DNA of 43,050 nucleotides from Nemertoderma westbladi (GCA_032718475.1 JAUCBJ010002731.1:1-43050), one strand, 5' to 3'. Numbered from the stretch's first letter, positions 11,150 to 24,718 are shown. Numbers and translations are program-made. The notes: generated by a model from the sequence alone, not told the origin.

Positions 11150-11330
11150 GTCACCTCACCCAAAGTTCAGTGGCAGGCCGCCGTGTAGTTGATTAAAAGA
11201 TCAGAAAGTACGAGGACATGGTGGACCGAGGCTACCTCTTCTACCGGGTGGTCTTTGAGACCTTCGCTGGGACGGCTCCATTCCTAAAGGAGGTTGGAAA
11301 CCGGAAACTGCCTCCGAGCAGTCATTCAGG
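11150..11330 (+). mobile_element. CRE/R2-group non-LTR retrotransposon fragment (restriction-like endonuclease end)
   Basis: KIRKYEDMVDRGYLFYRVVFETFAG...FLKEVG fits the K..KY..L...F.P...ET.G pattern of RLE domains. Confidence 0.6.
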
Positions 11331-12462
11331 CGTCTCGATCCCATCTGTTTCTCCTCCAAAGCTGCAAAGCCTTCTCACAAAACAAATACCAAAGACCCGA
11401 GACCCTCTATTCAAAAGAAAGAGGTAAATTCGCGTTAGGTCCCAAAGAGCGTTAGATTCCATTGCATTTTAAAGGAGCAGGTTAGTAAAGGACCAGGTTA
11501 CAGAGGCGTGTTGGGGGGAACCAAAACAATAAACGAAAGTTTAACACACATGTTTTGTACAGGTCTTGAGTCTTTGGGTCTTTGTTTTGTACTCACCCCT
11601 CCCCACTGCCATTCTGATCGGCAACACAGCTGTTTTTCCAGAACCTAGAAGTCAGTGGCTAAAGTGTCATTAGGATTTAGGACCCAGAAGCTTTCGGGGC
11701 ACGCCGCATTGGGCCTATTACAGTAGATCCCGGGCGCATAAGGTCCCGTCCCGTCGAGGTTCATTCCAAGGGCAAGGGGCGTTACAGTCCACTGCAAGAC
11801 TGCAACACTTCAATAGCTTCACATTGCAAGTATTCATTACAGTACAGTTTGACAGTAGGATTCTGTACAATAGGGAAATTGCCTTCTCAGATTACACAAA
11901 TAAACAGGAAGTTGATCAACTACACAATATTTAAATAGTTTTTATTACCTCTATTTTTTAAATATGGTTAATTACTGTATAGAAATAAAGTTACTATATT
12001 ATACTTTACTGAAACTTCGATTTGCGTAATTTTGACTGCCAAATACAGTAAATATTAGTCGCTATTATTCGTCTAAATACAGCAGTTAATTTTATTAATG
12101 AGCCATAAACAATAACATTACCCCATACATGTCGAATTTTACGCTCTTTCATATGAGCGCGGTTACCACTTTATAAGACCCCACATTATGTCGGCCGCTA
12201 TCTAGGTTCTGGAGTGATTTATATAAATTAAAACTCAATAACGTCCTAACGTGCAATATTGCCAAGCCAACTGACACACTACTGTATAGGCCTATATAGA
12301 TAGGGCTGGAGTCTAAGTCCAAAATGGTTAACGATATTACGAAAAGTGGGTTTTAGATGTATTGGAATATTACTGTTAAAAACTGCAGACTCCTTGGATG
12401 GATAGAACAAGTAAGTACCGGTAGGTGTCTAGCTATGCCGCCTTATCAACAAAGTTACCCCA

Positions 12463-13800
12463 CTACAACTCCCTATCTCCCATGACATTTGCTAGATCAT
12501 CCGCATCTTCAAGGCCAGTGTCCTTTAAGAGGCGAGGCGTCTTAAAAAAAGCAATGGGCTTTCCACCATGCTTATTTACTCCATGGGGCCGGCAAAGCAC
12601 AAGTTTGTGCACTGGCTGGTCTTCACGGTGAAAGCAATCTCCTGCAAAGCGGAGGCGGCTCCATTTAGGTGACAAGGTTAGGAATGGGGGGGGGGGGGGT
12701 GGGGGGCTAACGATGCTGTATATGGACTGGTTGGAGATTTGTGCACTGTACTTGGCACAGTGGAAACTACATTTCTTGTATAACTTCCATCCAACGATTT
12801 GGTCCCACTGGACTAAGAAGTTTAAATTAAGTAACAACAATGAATACATACATAGTGAGTAAAAGTGAGAAATAAATAACGGGCAGTTATTGCCAGAGAA
12901 TTCAAAATCTTTGGGGCGCAACTGAAAATTAAAATATAGAAGAACCAATGAACTCCACTGGCACGATTGGTCTTAATGATCTTTGCAGCAGCCTTCACTT
13001 GAGCAAAGTAGATTTCACCAATCTGGTTACTCAGACCCAGGCACAGGTAACTGTTTGTTTCACAAAGATATCATCTGGTAATACTCAGTCGTTATTGAGG
13101 AGCTTTTCAAAGCACTTTGAAAGGCCCACATGGCCTTCCAAAATTGATGCGATCAGTTAGGCAGAGGAAATTCATTATTCATCAATAACATTGGCGGTTG
13201 GATGGAATTTCCTCAAGAGGTTTTAAATTTCCATGTTTGGGGTGATTGCCAGGGAGAAGCGGCGGCATTGGTGGCGTCAAATTTCTGATTGATAAGCCCC
13301 TATCCAGGGAGCCTTTTTTCGGCTTCGAGGGTATACAGGAAATGTTTCTGCAGCGGCTGCCTTGACTGCCTCTGTGAAGGCAGTATAGACCTCGCAGTGC
13401 TCTGCTGCCTTAAAAGTGAGAACCTCATACCTGTTATACTGGGCTCTTGCAACAGAGGGACCTTTATACTGGGCTCTTGCAACAGAGGGACCTATGTTAT
13501 GCTTCTGCTAGCGTGGGGTCTAAGTTTTACCCTAGCCACAACCATACAATGACCACTTGTTGTGAAGGAGCGAAGAGTAAATCATGTAAAGTCAAGTACA
13601 GAACTCCTGTATTTCATACGAAACAGAAGACATACGGTCTATTTGGAACTTTAAAGAGTCCATAGCTTTCCTTTCTGCTCATCGAATTATGTCCCAGCCG
13701 AAAACAACCCAATTCCAGAGATGAAATCCTGGAGATGGACTGAAACCTTAGTTGACACCATCGCTGCAGTACCATGGGTTTACGAATAAGTTGCAGGAGT
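12463..13800 (-). mobile_element. RTE-type LINE family A, deleted and diverged copy with AP-endonuclease remnant
   Basis: RLRFAGDCFHREDQPVHKLVL...HGGKP; upstream GHCMVVARVKL resembles the APE SDH motif; 30-bp tandem duplication near 13433-13492. Confidence 0.8.
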
Positions 13801-15059
13801 GAGTGTTTGTAGGAAACAGCCAATAAAGTAACGAAATATTTGTGATGTTGTACCACAGAATGCAGATGTATTAAGTTTGTACAATTACAGTACCAGAAAT
13901 TTGAAAATAGACAAAAATAACAATTTAATGTACATAAGTACTGTAGTTGCAAATTAAAAATTTATCAAAGAATCAAAGTCCATTATTTATAGAGACAAAC
14001 TCAAACAAATGAGAGTCCTTATCTAATGATCAGTGCAGGATTATCGGCAACTGGACCTTCTCTGAATAGTTGGGTCTATTATTACTGTAAAATAAATAGT
14101 GCAGAGTGCTTGTGTATATTTTTATTGTTTCATATACAAAGTCTATGCAATCACTGTTACGTAAATAAATTATCAGAATACACGGGGTGAAATAATATTT
14201 TTGCTGCCAATGTAAATAAACTTACAAACATTAGGCCTAGTCCCATTGTATAGTATAAATATATAATTATAAATTAAATCCATTATAAACTATTATAAAT
14301 ACCATTTAATAAATATCAGCTGATAACAAATTTGGAGAAACAAAATCAAAGAGGATGTGCAAATCCGCCACTTGAAAAGTTCTTCAATTTAATCTACATC
14401 AGTTAGACTTTGTTATTGGCCTAGATTATCTCACAGAATAGTTCTTACAAACAGTATCTACATTTTATATTGTGCATTATTACTATATATTACATTGTGC
14501 AACGCCATACCGAATGAGGTGCTATGGATGCCAAGTAATATCGTTATTATTACTCAGCTAGTGTGGCTGTGATTGGATAATTATTATGATACACCGTAGT
14601 GCCAATTTAGAGTTTATTTACAGTTATATGTGATATCGATACGACTACTGTAGCAACTGATATTTTTTATATATACGACCCTTTCATACAATACATACAT
14701 TATGACATTGAGAGGAATGATGGCCAAGGGCTACAAAGAGTCCGCGGAATATATCGCTGACATTGTTAAACAATAAATTAACGCCGATGCAAAAAGGCAT
14801 AACGAAACTCGCTAAAATGGTAAATTAAAATTGAAAATAACAAGTAAAATGAAGCACTCCATAGAAAAGGTAAAAAAGTAATAAAGTAATCGAAAAGGAA
14901 AATATCCTATTCTCACAAATAAATTAAAGTAAAGCAAATTAAATTAATTAATAATAATTTTTGCAGAAATCAATGAATTCCTTCTAAACGTCGACGATTG
15001 CATATCCTTGCAATGTCTACCGACTATACTCAACTATACTTGTAAATGGAATTATTGAG

Positions 15060-15498
15060 ATCTTGGTTGCTCCCCAGGTATGTTGACAGATACTCTGACG
15101 TGTTTGATGTTTATGTTGGTTTTGGAACTCGATTTCAATGATGTTAGTTATGGTGTGATTACTGCAGGTGTCATCGGCGAAAAAGGTCTAAAGTAGGTCA
15201 ATATTAAACTCGATATTTACGCTTCGTTAGGGGTCACCATTTATAGTCGTTTCAGGGCTATAGAATCCAAATTTAGATCCACGAGTTTTTCTCAAGAACA
15301 TCAAGTCATCAGCTACTTAAATAGCCTTGTCCTCATTTAGAACAGAGTAGTAACCCTAGAACCGAACCAGAGGAGTTGCTCTCTAGTCTGCCGTGAGATA
15401 CACTTCGGGTGTGTCGGTGTTGGACTGGTTGTCTCCTCGTCCTCGATTTCTTATTGTATTCGACCAGAACGTCTTCCGCACATTTAATCCGAGTTACA
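15060..15498 (-). mobile_element. Gypsy-like 5' remnant (LTR, tRNA-Trp PBS, decayed gag start)
   Basis: TGTAAC start at 15498; TGGTGACCCC at 15239-15230 complementary to the tRNA-Trp 3' end; downstream RVSVNIP resembles gag VxxKLPPFW. Confidence 0.5.
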
Positions 15499-16574
15499 TT
15501 TAACATTGTTATATTTATTAATTTGTCTATCTTTTGATTATTTTATTAATATTTAAATTAATAATTTATACATTATATAGTAGGTCTATTATACATCCTT
15601 ATTTCTACAGTCTCTGCAAACTTCATAATAAATTATATTGTTCCATAATAATAAAGCTCTTGGATAGCAACTGGACAAAGTAGCGAGTATACAGATAGAG
15701 TCTACCTGGTGGTGATTCCTCCAAGGCAGTGGATGGCAATGAGGATGTTGTGAATGGTCAGGATGGTTGTATGCACGCACACCTGTGCTGTAACCACAGG
15801 ATAATTGGAACTACGGTAAATTGGAGGGATTTACTTAATAAAGTAAACGTAAAGAAAATAAAAGATTTTCATTAGATTGTTATTCATTTTAGATATCTAT
15901 GAAATCTAAGTCCTGCATTCCAAAACAATATACTTGTCGCAACTCTAATAAAAAACAGACACGTTCTAGCGAGAGTTACACGGTTTTCACGGAATCCTCT
16001 GCTCAACCAAAAACTTTCATGAGCCGTCGTTTGGTTATATTTGTATTTTTTGCAAACATGCCGCCCCTTCTGTTTCTTTGGTTTAAATATGTATAAATGG
16101 GTTTTCAAATATATAGTACTATTATTATAAATTTTTCATATAGAACCATTGGGTAAAATCAAGTAAGGGCACCACAACTTACCGTGATCAATTGCGTTTG
16201 GAAAGTTGGTCCTGTACATTGTTCTCTTTAATGATAGCTGAGAAAATAGACATGTAGACGAAGTTATGGTTTATACAGTATCTATGGTGCTTACTTTACA
16301 GGTAAAGAATATTAGTGATATTGTATTCCTTGAATTACTCGGCTTAATATCATTCATTCTCATGATATTATCATTACCGTTCCTGAAAGTGGAGCACTTT
16401 TGAAAATGGCCATCTCTAAGTTTATGCGCAGAAGTAGATATGGGTCAAGGGTCTCAAATGTAAAAAATGAAAATATTTTGTGGAGATCTTTTTTAATCAC
16501 TATTTTTCATTTTTTTCACGAAAAATATAAGTAGCGCTAACAATACGGTTGGGCAACAAACAATCGAATAAGGT

Positions 16575-16785
16575 TCTCGCTCACGTATGTTCAGCATACT
16601 TTCATTATATGGGATTCCTGATGAAATTATTGCAGCAATCAGATCAGTATACGATGGTTCGACAACATTTGTGTCTACTGTTGATGGTGACACATAACCA
16701 TTTGAAGTGTTATGGGGCGTTCTCCAGGGAGACACACTTGCACCATTCTTGTTCATAATTGTGGTTGACTATGTTCTACGCATGA
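16575..16785 (+). mobile_element. RTE-type LINE family A internal RT fragment
   Basis: Near-identical to the reverse complement of ~40230-40440; GVLQGDTLAPFLF. Confidence 0.9.
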
Positions 16786-17419
16786 CCTTTGTTCGCGCTT
16801 TTAGACCTTTAAGAGTTTAACCTGTTAATTTACGTGTCTTATGATGTCTGACAGCCCGCACACAAAATAAGACCACAGTAGAAGCCAGTCTAGCGAGGCG
16901 TATGACCCACTGTGTGTGGGAGACTGAATTCTATGGCCGAGAATGGGGTAGCCTACGTTGTATTATTCGATTGATCTTTACTATATAATCTCGAAAAACT
17001 ATGTTTATTTTCAGGGAAATACCAGCAGTTCCTTTCAGTTGCTGCGCTTTATATATCACGCAGAGTTTTGACTTATACTAATTACAACGGATGGTCATGA
17101 GACTGCACAGTATTTACATTCTTTAGGAATTCGCTCGCACTCACGTCACTGACAATAGTAGGCCTACTGAAGCACGTTAATTTCCGACTGTCACTAATTT
17201 TAGTCACATATAAGGATAAATTTAACTCACGTACGTTGGGGACTACTGTTATTTGAACTATGCAATTGTGAATAGTATTCCCTTCCCTCCGCTTACCTCA
17301 ATAATCAAGAAAGCCAAGAGAGTTACCGGTTATTCGTAAGTATTCTCCAAATATTAGCAGTAATCAAATAGGTTACGAACACAATATTTATTTCAATTAG
17401 TCTTATCAGACGTATCTTA

Positions 17420-17800
17420 TCTAAATCACTTGAACAACGAATTGATGGTTGCTACACAAGACTACTAAGGGCAGCCCTAAACATCAGCTGGAGACAACAC
17501 ATGACAAACGCCGAGCTTTATGGTACAATACCACCTGTATCAACCACCCTCCGTGAACGCAGATTAAGATTCAGTGGGCACTGCTGGCGAAGTAAAGACG
17601 AGGTCATACCAGATCTACTGCTCTGGCAACCAACTCATGGAAAGCGTAGTCGTGGACGACCGGCCATAACATATATAGATCAACTTGAAAGGGATACTGA
17701 ACTTAGGAGAAACGAAATTGCGACAACTATGGAGAATCGGGAAGCCTGGAAGGATCTCATTTCCACTGTCCGAGTTCGCTCGACCTAGTAGTAGTAGTAT
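17420..17800 (+). mobile_element. RTE-type LINE family B, 5'-truncated copy with (TAG)n tail
   Basis: RERRLRFSGHCWRS...LLWQPTHGKRSRGRPAITY, then TAGTAGTAGTA; same 3' end again at ~29845-29922. Confidence 0.88.
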
Positions 17801-18219
17801 TGAGTAAAAATACAAAAGTAGTAGGCAATTTAGAGATGAAAAAGTCAAAATCGACAATTCGTTAAAAAGGGTTGTTTTATGTTTTATACAGAGTCGTGAA
17901 TTTCAGCCATAAATACCGGTGTTAAAAAGTGCAGTTTTGTGGTCAAAAAAATCTTTCAAAGCGGATGTCACCACATTAAAGCTCTTCCATCACATTACAA
18001 AAACAGAGAAAAATTGTTTTTATTAAAATTTTGTTAATTTTCGAATATTTCTCTAGTGTTGGAGGTAATGGTCCCCGCAATATTAATATAATATTCAATT
18101 TAATATACCTAACCAGTATAATACTGAATTAGCAATACCTGTCTATATGCCATTAATGACAATGCTGTGATAATTAAAGGTCGACATACTGACTAACAGG
18201 GGCCTATTGTATATATATA

Positions 18220-18279
18220 TAAAATAAACAGTTAAAACCTCGAGTCTTTGTAAGACTCAAGGTTTTACCTGTTTATTTT
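18220..18279. repeat. Imperfect palindrome
   Basis: AAAATAAACAGTTAAAACCTCGAGTCTT / AAGACTCAAGGTTTTACCTGTTTATTTT. Confidence 0.7.
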
Positions 18280-18429
18280 ATAATGCTTAGATGATAGTGA
18301 AGTTTGGACTTGATGGAGGGCTGTCGGTCAACCCTTGGCCAGTCTAGGATATGTAGTAGACCACAGAATCAGTGTCTTAAATAAGAACTACTACTAGGAT
18401 CGGCATGATGCATTGCAGCTGCATTTTCA

Positions 18430-18912
18430 AGAACGCTGTGCCGGCTTGTCGACAAAATTGCGCCGCCAACAACTCCCTATCACCCATGACATTTGCTAGA
18501 TCATCCGCATCTTCAAGGCCAGTGTCCTTTAATATGCGTCTCAAGAAAGTCATGGACTGTCCACCATGCTTATTCACTTCATGGGGCTGCCAAAGCACAA
18601 GATTATGCACTGGCTGGTCCGCAGGGCGAAAGCAATATCCTGCAAAGCGGAGGCGGCTTTGTTCTAGTGTCAAGCTTGGGGGAACCAATGCGACACCTAT
18701 AATGTTATATAGTGTCGGGTTGGAGATGTGTGCATTGTACTTGACACGGTGAACCCAGCGTAGCATTCTTGTGAATGTGCCGTCCAGAGATTTTGTGTCC
18801 TCAGCAGTTAGAGCCCAGCATGGACTCCTATAGAGGAGTACTGGAACTACTGCTGCTCTAAATAATCGGACCTTTAAGTTTCCGATTAATTCTCGGTGAC
18901 TTCCAAATCCTT
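18430..18912 (-). mobile_element. RTE-type LINE family A 3' fragment
   Basis: RLRFAGYCFRPADQPVHNLVLWQPH; matches the copies at 21541 and 39405. Confidence 0.9.
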
Positions 18913-19715
18913 TAATAAATAAGAAGGTTCAGTTTGACTTGCAATGTATATTGATAACTACTAGTTCAATAACTACTATCTCACCAATATAAGTTATTGC
19001 ACTTAAGGTGCGAATAACGTAAACACAAATAATACACAATAAATATACAATATAATGATATAGGGTAAGTAATAGGAAGTATAGGAAAGGTGACATTTAA
19101 TGTAGAAATACACCCAAGAATAAATCGCATGTTAAACATTAAATACACTACAATATTGGCAATAATCACTAAACATCTGACCGCTCTAATTAACACTTCA
19201 ACTATATACACTCCCAAACTGTCAGTTACCCATCTCAGCTGTGAGTATGATGCAAAACCCCAAACCAATATAATCCCCTTCGTTCAAACTGTATATATTG
19301 TTCCTACTGTATTTATATCACAATTATTGCACGTTTATTAGCTTTATCACTATGCAGTATCTAACTGGGTTTGGTCGTCACACTGTCACGCCTCACGCCT
19401 CATCTGTTTATCACTTCACACCCTTAATCATATCATACCATGATTCACTCGGTTGTCAATATTGCATCCCTTGTTGTTACTCCCTTAATTATGTACTTTA
19501 TTGGTTTGGTATTATTCACTAACAATTTGTAAATTTTAACATCATGTACCAACTAACGTGTCAGCTATGTCAACTAACTATAAAATTGCTAATCATCGGA
19601 TTCTTTAATTGCTTTGGTGACTGAATAGGACGGAAGTTGTTAAACTATCTGGTTGTTTAACTACAATAAACTATGAAGTACTATTATTGACTTAACAATT
19701 AAGATTCTCTATAAC

Positions 19716-20510
19716 TTATACATCAAATGTGTTATAATTTTCTTTAATTCTATTCTTCGCAAGCCTTTTGTTGGTTTTGATGCGATCTTGTTTTTCTGAA
19801 TAAAATGCACACAATGTTGCACAAACGAGTATTATGAAATCTCCAACCAGAAAATGAACAAGAAACAAAGTTTTCACCCAAGGAAAAGCCAAATATTGGA
19901 CAAACCTACTAATTATAATAATTATAACTAAACAAATACCAACAAAATAAAAAAAATATATATACAAGAATTTAATTGCTAATACTGTTAACTCGGTAGG
20001 AGTTAACTTTGTGCCAACGGTTGTAACACCCGCGTTTTCAACGGCCTCTGCGAACCCGAGACATGTTGCGACCTCCATGACCCATTCCTGGGAATTCCGG
20101 TTTATGAGTCTGTATAATCTTCCGTTTACATCGTTATTCATCACAGCATCCCGCACTTGGTCGAGAGTGACATTTATTTCCACGATCTTTATAGCATCGT
20201 CAGGGATTTTATCTGCTCCTTGACCGAGTTCATTCCAGAACGCTTTTATTCTGAAGCCGGATTTCCCCAGTTCCGCACGGATAACTTCCTTAGAATCGTG
20301 GCAGTAGATAATGAGGGCCCAATGGGTGAGTGGTGTTGGTTCCTTCATTAGTGGTGCGTTCAATGGGTCTGTAGGTTTACATGGCCTGGAGCTTCTAGTT
20401 GATTTGATGGTGGCGTCCAGGACTTTTCCGGTAATGTAAAACGACTTGATCTGCATTTGATCAGATAGTGTTTCCACCACTATCTGTGTTTCCACCTCAG
20501 CATTAGCCAT
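19716..20510 (-). CDS. Permuted NlpC/P60 (PPPDE/LRAT-like) domain protein with two C-terminal TM helices; catalytic Cys replaced by Ser
   Basis: Intact 264-aa single-exon ORF; HWALII (His motif) and YRLINRNSQEW (family pattern Y-x-L-x-x-x-NCQ-x-F/W); two hydrophobic stretches and a basic tail. Confidence 0.72.
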   Translation of the reverse strand: MANAEVETQIVVETLSDQMQIKSFYITGKVLDATIKSTRSSRPCKPTDPLNAPLMKEPTPLTHWALIIYCHDSKEVIRAELGKSGFRIKAFWNELGQGADKIPDDAIKIVEINVTLDQVRDAVMNNDVNGRLYRLINRNSQEWVMEVATCLGFAEAVENAGVTTVGTKLTPTELTVLAIKFLYIYFFYFVGICLVIIIIISRFVQYLAFPWVKTLFLVHFLVGDFIILVCATLCAFYSEKQDRIKTNKRLAKNRIKENYNTFDV

Positions 20511-20547
20511 AGTGCATTACTTGCGTAAGACGTACATGCACCACATA

Positions 20548-23500
20548 AGCCTGTAAGTGCTAACGCGGGATTTCCTTGGTAAAGTGACACCATACCAGTG
20601 ATTTCTGAAAGTACCAATGTGCTAACTCAGTAACAGACTTTAGCAACATTTAGCAACACCAATTCTGAACCACCCGCAAGAGGGCTGAAGTGTTCTAAAG
20701 TGCTAACTCACTAAAAACACCAATAACAATAGTAATATTAGCAAAGTTAGGAGTTTGAAGTGATGGTATCTGTAAATCTTGAAAGATCATGATTAGGTGT
20801 TTTTGTGTTGAATATTTCAAGACACCACACATCATAAAATGCTAACTCATTATTCGTTCTTTAGGATATTGAATATATTATAATATTAAATATTTAATCA
20901 TTTGTTTCAAAAATATCAATATTTATTTAGTTTCAACAACGTCAATAGAATCAAAATATTTAAATTAAAATTTATGTAACATTACAGAACATAGTTTTTC
21001 TAATGTTTCTTATATAGTGTTATTGATTGTTTGAAAATCAAGATGCTCTCAGAATAAATTTAAATTACATTATTTGAACGTTACAAATTGGTTGGTAACA
21101 TTATCTCAACGTTTCAAATTGATTAGAAACTGAATTGGGGGGTGGGGGGGTGTACACACCAAATTTTATACTACTGTTCCAAGTTTTTGGTAATTTCATT
21201 TGTGAAAATGTTCTCAAACATATAAAATATATTCAATTAAAATATTTTATAACGTTCTATATTTTTCATTTTCAAAATAAAATAGAGAATCCTAAAAAAA
21301 TGTTCTCCTTTTTAAACAATAGAACATACATTTCTGCATTTCCAATCGCTGATTTCTCAGGCTACCAAAGGGGGTCAGAACCTTGATGCGCATTAAGACA
21401 ATGAATGCTTGTATTTATGGATGTATGTTACCACTATATGATTACTGCTGACTGGAATTATTTATTTCTGAAACACATTGTCATCTATATTGTGATCTAT
21501 GGTTGATTAAAAAGCAATAAACACAAATAAACACAATAAATAGAATGCTGTGCCGGCTTGACGACAAAATTGAGCCACCACAACTCCCTATCATCCATGA
21601 CATGTCCTTTAAGATGCGTCTCAAGAAAGTCATGGGCTGTCCACCATGCTTATTCACACCATGAGGCTGCCAAAGAACAAGATTATGCACTGACTGGTCC
21701 ACACGGCGAAAGCAATGTCCTGCAAAGCGGAGGTGGGTTTGTTATAGTGTGAAGCCTGGGGGAACCAATGAGACACCTCCAATGTTATATAGTTTCTGGT
21801 TGGAGATGTGTGGATTGTACTTGACACAGTGAACCCGGCGTAGCATTCTTGTGAATGTGCCATCCAGAGATTAGGTGTCCTCAGCAGTTGAGCACAGCAT
21901 GGGCTCTGCTGTTCTAAATAATCGGACCTTAAGTTTCCGATTAATTCTATGTGACTTCCAAATCCTGGAACGTCTATACAAGGCTGCCCATGCCTTTCCC
22001 CTGCGTATTCGAAGGTCTTCACCTGACCTTCGGATCAAGGAACCCACGTGACAGAAGTCGTCCACATGCTCAAGCATACCATCCTTTGAGCTTATGCTCA
22101 TCCGGTCAGAGACTTGCTGATGACTTTCATAGTTAACTGTCAAAATTTTTGTCATTTTTGGAGTTAATAAAAAGACCAACACTAGAAGCAGCATGTTCTA
22201 ATGAGCTGAGGAGCCGTTGGGCTCCCTCTAGTGATTCTGAGAGCACTCCTAAGTCATCAGCAAAGTCTAGATCAGTTAGGTACTTGGCAGGATTTCCTTG
22301 ACGTCTGGAGCCAGAAGGTGGAATTATCATCACCCCCATCATCATTATGATGATCTAGTGACATGCTTATAGTCAACTATAATTATGAACAAGAATGGCG
22401 CAAGTGTGTCTCCCTGGAGGACGCCCCATATCAATTAAAGTGGTTCCGTGTCACCGTCAGCAGTAGACACATCGTAGACACGTGTCGAACCATCGTATAC
22501 TGATCTGATTGCTGCAATAATTTCATCAGGAATCCCATATAATGAAAGTATGCTGAACATACGTGAGCGAGAGACTGAATAAAAGGCCTTGAATAAGTCA
22601 ACAAAGATAACAGCCAGATGCCTGTCTTTCTTTTTTGATCACTCTCTTCAATTATCCTTCTAAGTACCAAAATGGGCTCCATGGTCTCATGACCTTTAAG
22701 GAACCCATTCTGATTCCCACGGAGCAGTCTCTCAATGGGATCCCTGATGCGATTTAATAGAATTCTAGTGTATAGCTTTGCAGCAATCGAGATCAATGAG
22801 ATTCCCTGAAAAGAACCATAGAGTGTTAGTTTGCCCTGCTTGGGGACTGGCACCAACTTATTTATTGTCATTTCTTGTGGGACTCTTGTTGTTCGGTACA
22901 TGTCTACTATGATGGGATAGATGAGCTTTAAATACTCAGGTATTTTAAAGACCTCAGGGGGACATCATCTACTCCACTGGCACGATTGGTCTTAATGCTC
23001 TTTGCAGCAGCCTTCACTTCTGCAAAGGAGATATCGCCAATGGGAATATCTGGGAGTACAGACTCAGAACACTTTTACTTCTTTAAGGTTATCGGGCAAT
23101 ACCCTGTCATTGAATTAAATACACTGCATTCCGGGACAGGGCTTATTGGTTTTATGTATGTATTTACAGCGGTTTAAAGTTTTGACCTTGAAAAGACCAA
23201 GAATAGCAGCAGTGTGCAATAATGGGTAAGAAATTGGTGACAGATTTTCAAAATGCTTGTAGCAATTTACGTCATAGCAGTATATGTACTGTACAAAATA
23301 AAATTTGAGATTGCACGAAATTTGACATACAGAATGACCTCTCTATTTTCTGGAAAGGAAACTTATTGCAAGGATTAAGGATTTAGAATAATATATAATT
23401 ATGAGAATAAATTAATTAATGGTTGTGATTATGTACCATATTATTGAATGCTTTTAAGAAATCCATGAACTAGTTGCAAAGACATAGACGTTTAATAAAT

Positions 23501-24062
23501 GAATTGAATAGGCCTAATGTTAGCACTTTATGCTTTCTGTTGGCCGGTATTATTCATTTCAGAAACTCATAATCACCTCTTGTGATCTCGGCTTGATTAA
23601 TAATCAATTTATTTCAATTTTAGTTATAAAACGCTAACATCTGGTCTGGCTTGCTATGCAATAATTATACAACAAAATTAGCCTTAAAGAGCTAACATTT
23701 AAAATATGTCTTATGGAGAACATCTTATGGCTAACAGTTAGCACTTTATCTTTTTCAATAATTCTGAATCTTGTCGCTAGGGGGCAGTTGTTAAAATTTG
23801 TTACTATTTGACGTTTTTAATTTGTGCTTGCAAAGAGGTCAAACTGCTAACACTTCGAAATGAGCCAATCGGAACCTGGAATTGTAGTCAACTTGTCTTA
23901 ACAAATTTTTTTCAGGGAGTGTTAGCACTTTAGGTTAGCACTTTAAAACAGTTAGCACTTTACCATTTCAGGACTGCTGTTTGTTAGCACTTTAGTACTT
24001 CTAAAAACAGTATGAGTTTTACAGTATTAATGTCTCCACAATCCGCACGTGCTGTAAGCCTG
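20548..24062. mobile_element. Probable old DNA transposon with subterminal TGCTAAC repeats, carrying a nested RTE
   Basis: TGCTAAC repeated on + at ~20555-20850 and as GTTAGCA at ~23520-23990; degenerate inverted ends CATAC...AAGTAC.AA.GTGCTAAC. No TSD found. Confidence 0.5.
21541..23075 (-). mobile_element. RTE-type LINE family A, longest copy (RT domain, frameshifted)
   Basis: GISLISIAAKLYTRILLNRIR, NQNGF, LDFADD, C-terminal HGGQPMTFL. Confidence 0.92.
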
Positions 24063-24718
24063 GAAGCTCTTCCCATCTTATTAAACAAATATTTCGTATA
24101 AATGTGTTACAGACTTGATGGGGTATTATATATTATATTATACCATGCAGTGCTATATATTTTATTAACAGCTTTATTGCAAAACTTTCATTGATATTAA
24201 TGTTTTTTTTTCAAAATCGATAATATTAAAAAATCTTGATAATTATCATATTTAAATAGAAATGGTACGAAGTACACTACCGTTTTTAAATAAACAAAGC
24301 CAAACTTACACTATCTACTACCGCAATGCAGCATTATTACATCATAATCTATTTTTATTGATTAATAATATCCATTTAATAATATAGCCGGCGTAGCATT
24401 CTTAATGCACGCTGCATCACAGCAAACCAATTTATTGTAGATTGTATGGTGGTGGCACAACCTACCAACGTCTACCAACACAATTTTTTGTTAGCCTACT
24501 CCAGTAAGCATGTCAATGTGTAGCGGCAATGCAGCAGGCCCATTATACAATTATAGTAGTATTAATAATTTACAGATATTTGTAATATTGAAACAAGAAC
24601 AGTCTGTATCATTGAATGGTTAAGTTACTGCTAGCAGTAGTCGGGTATGCTAATTTATTATATTTAATATTCGATTCGCCTATTTATTTAACTTTTAAGA
24701 GACATGAAGTAAACGTAC

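Noticed and set aside
15589-15790. His/Pro-rich exon on the minus strand
   Set aside because: Plausible splice sites but no recognisable motif or partner exon.
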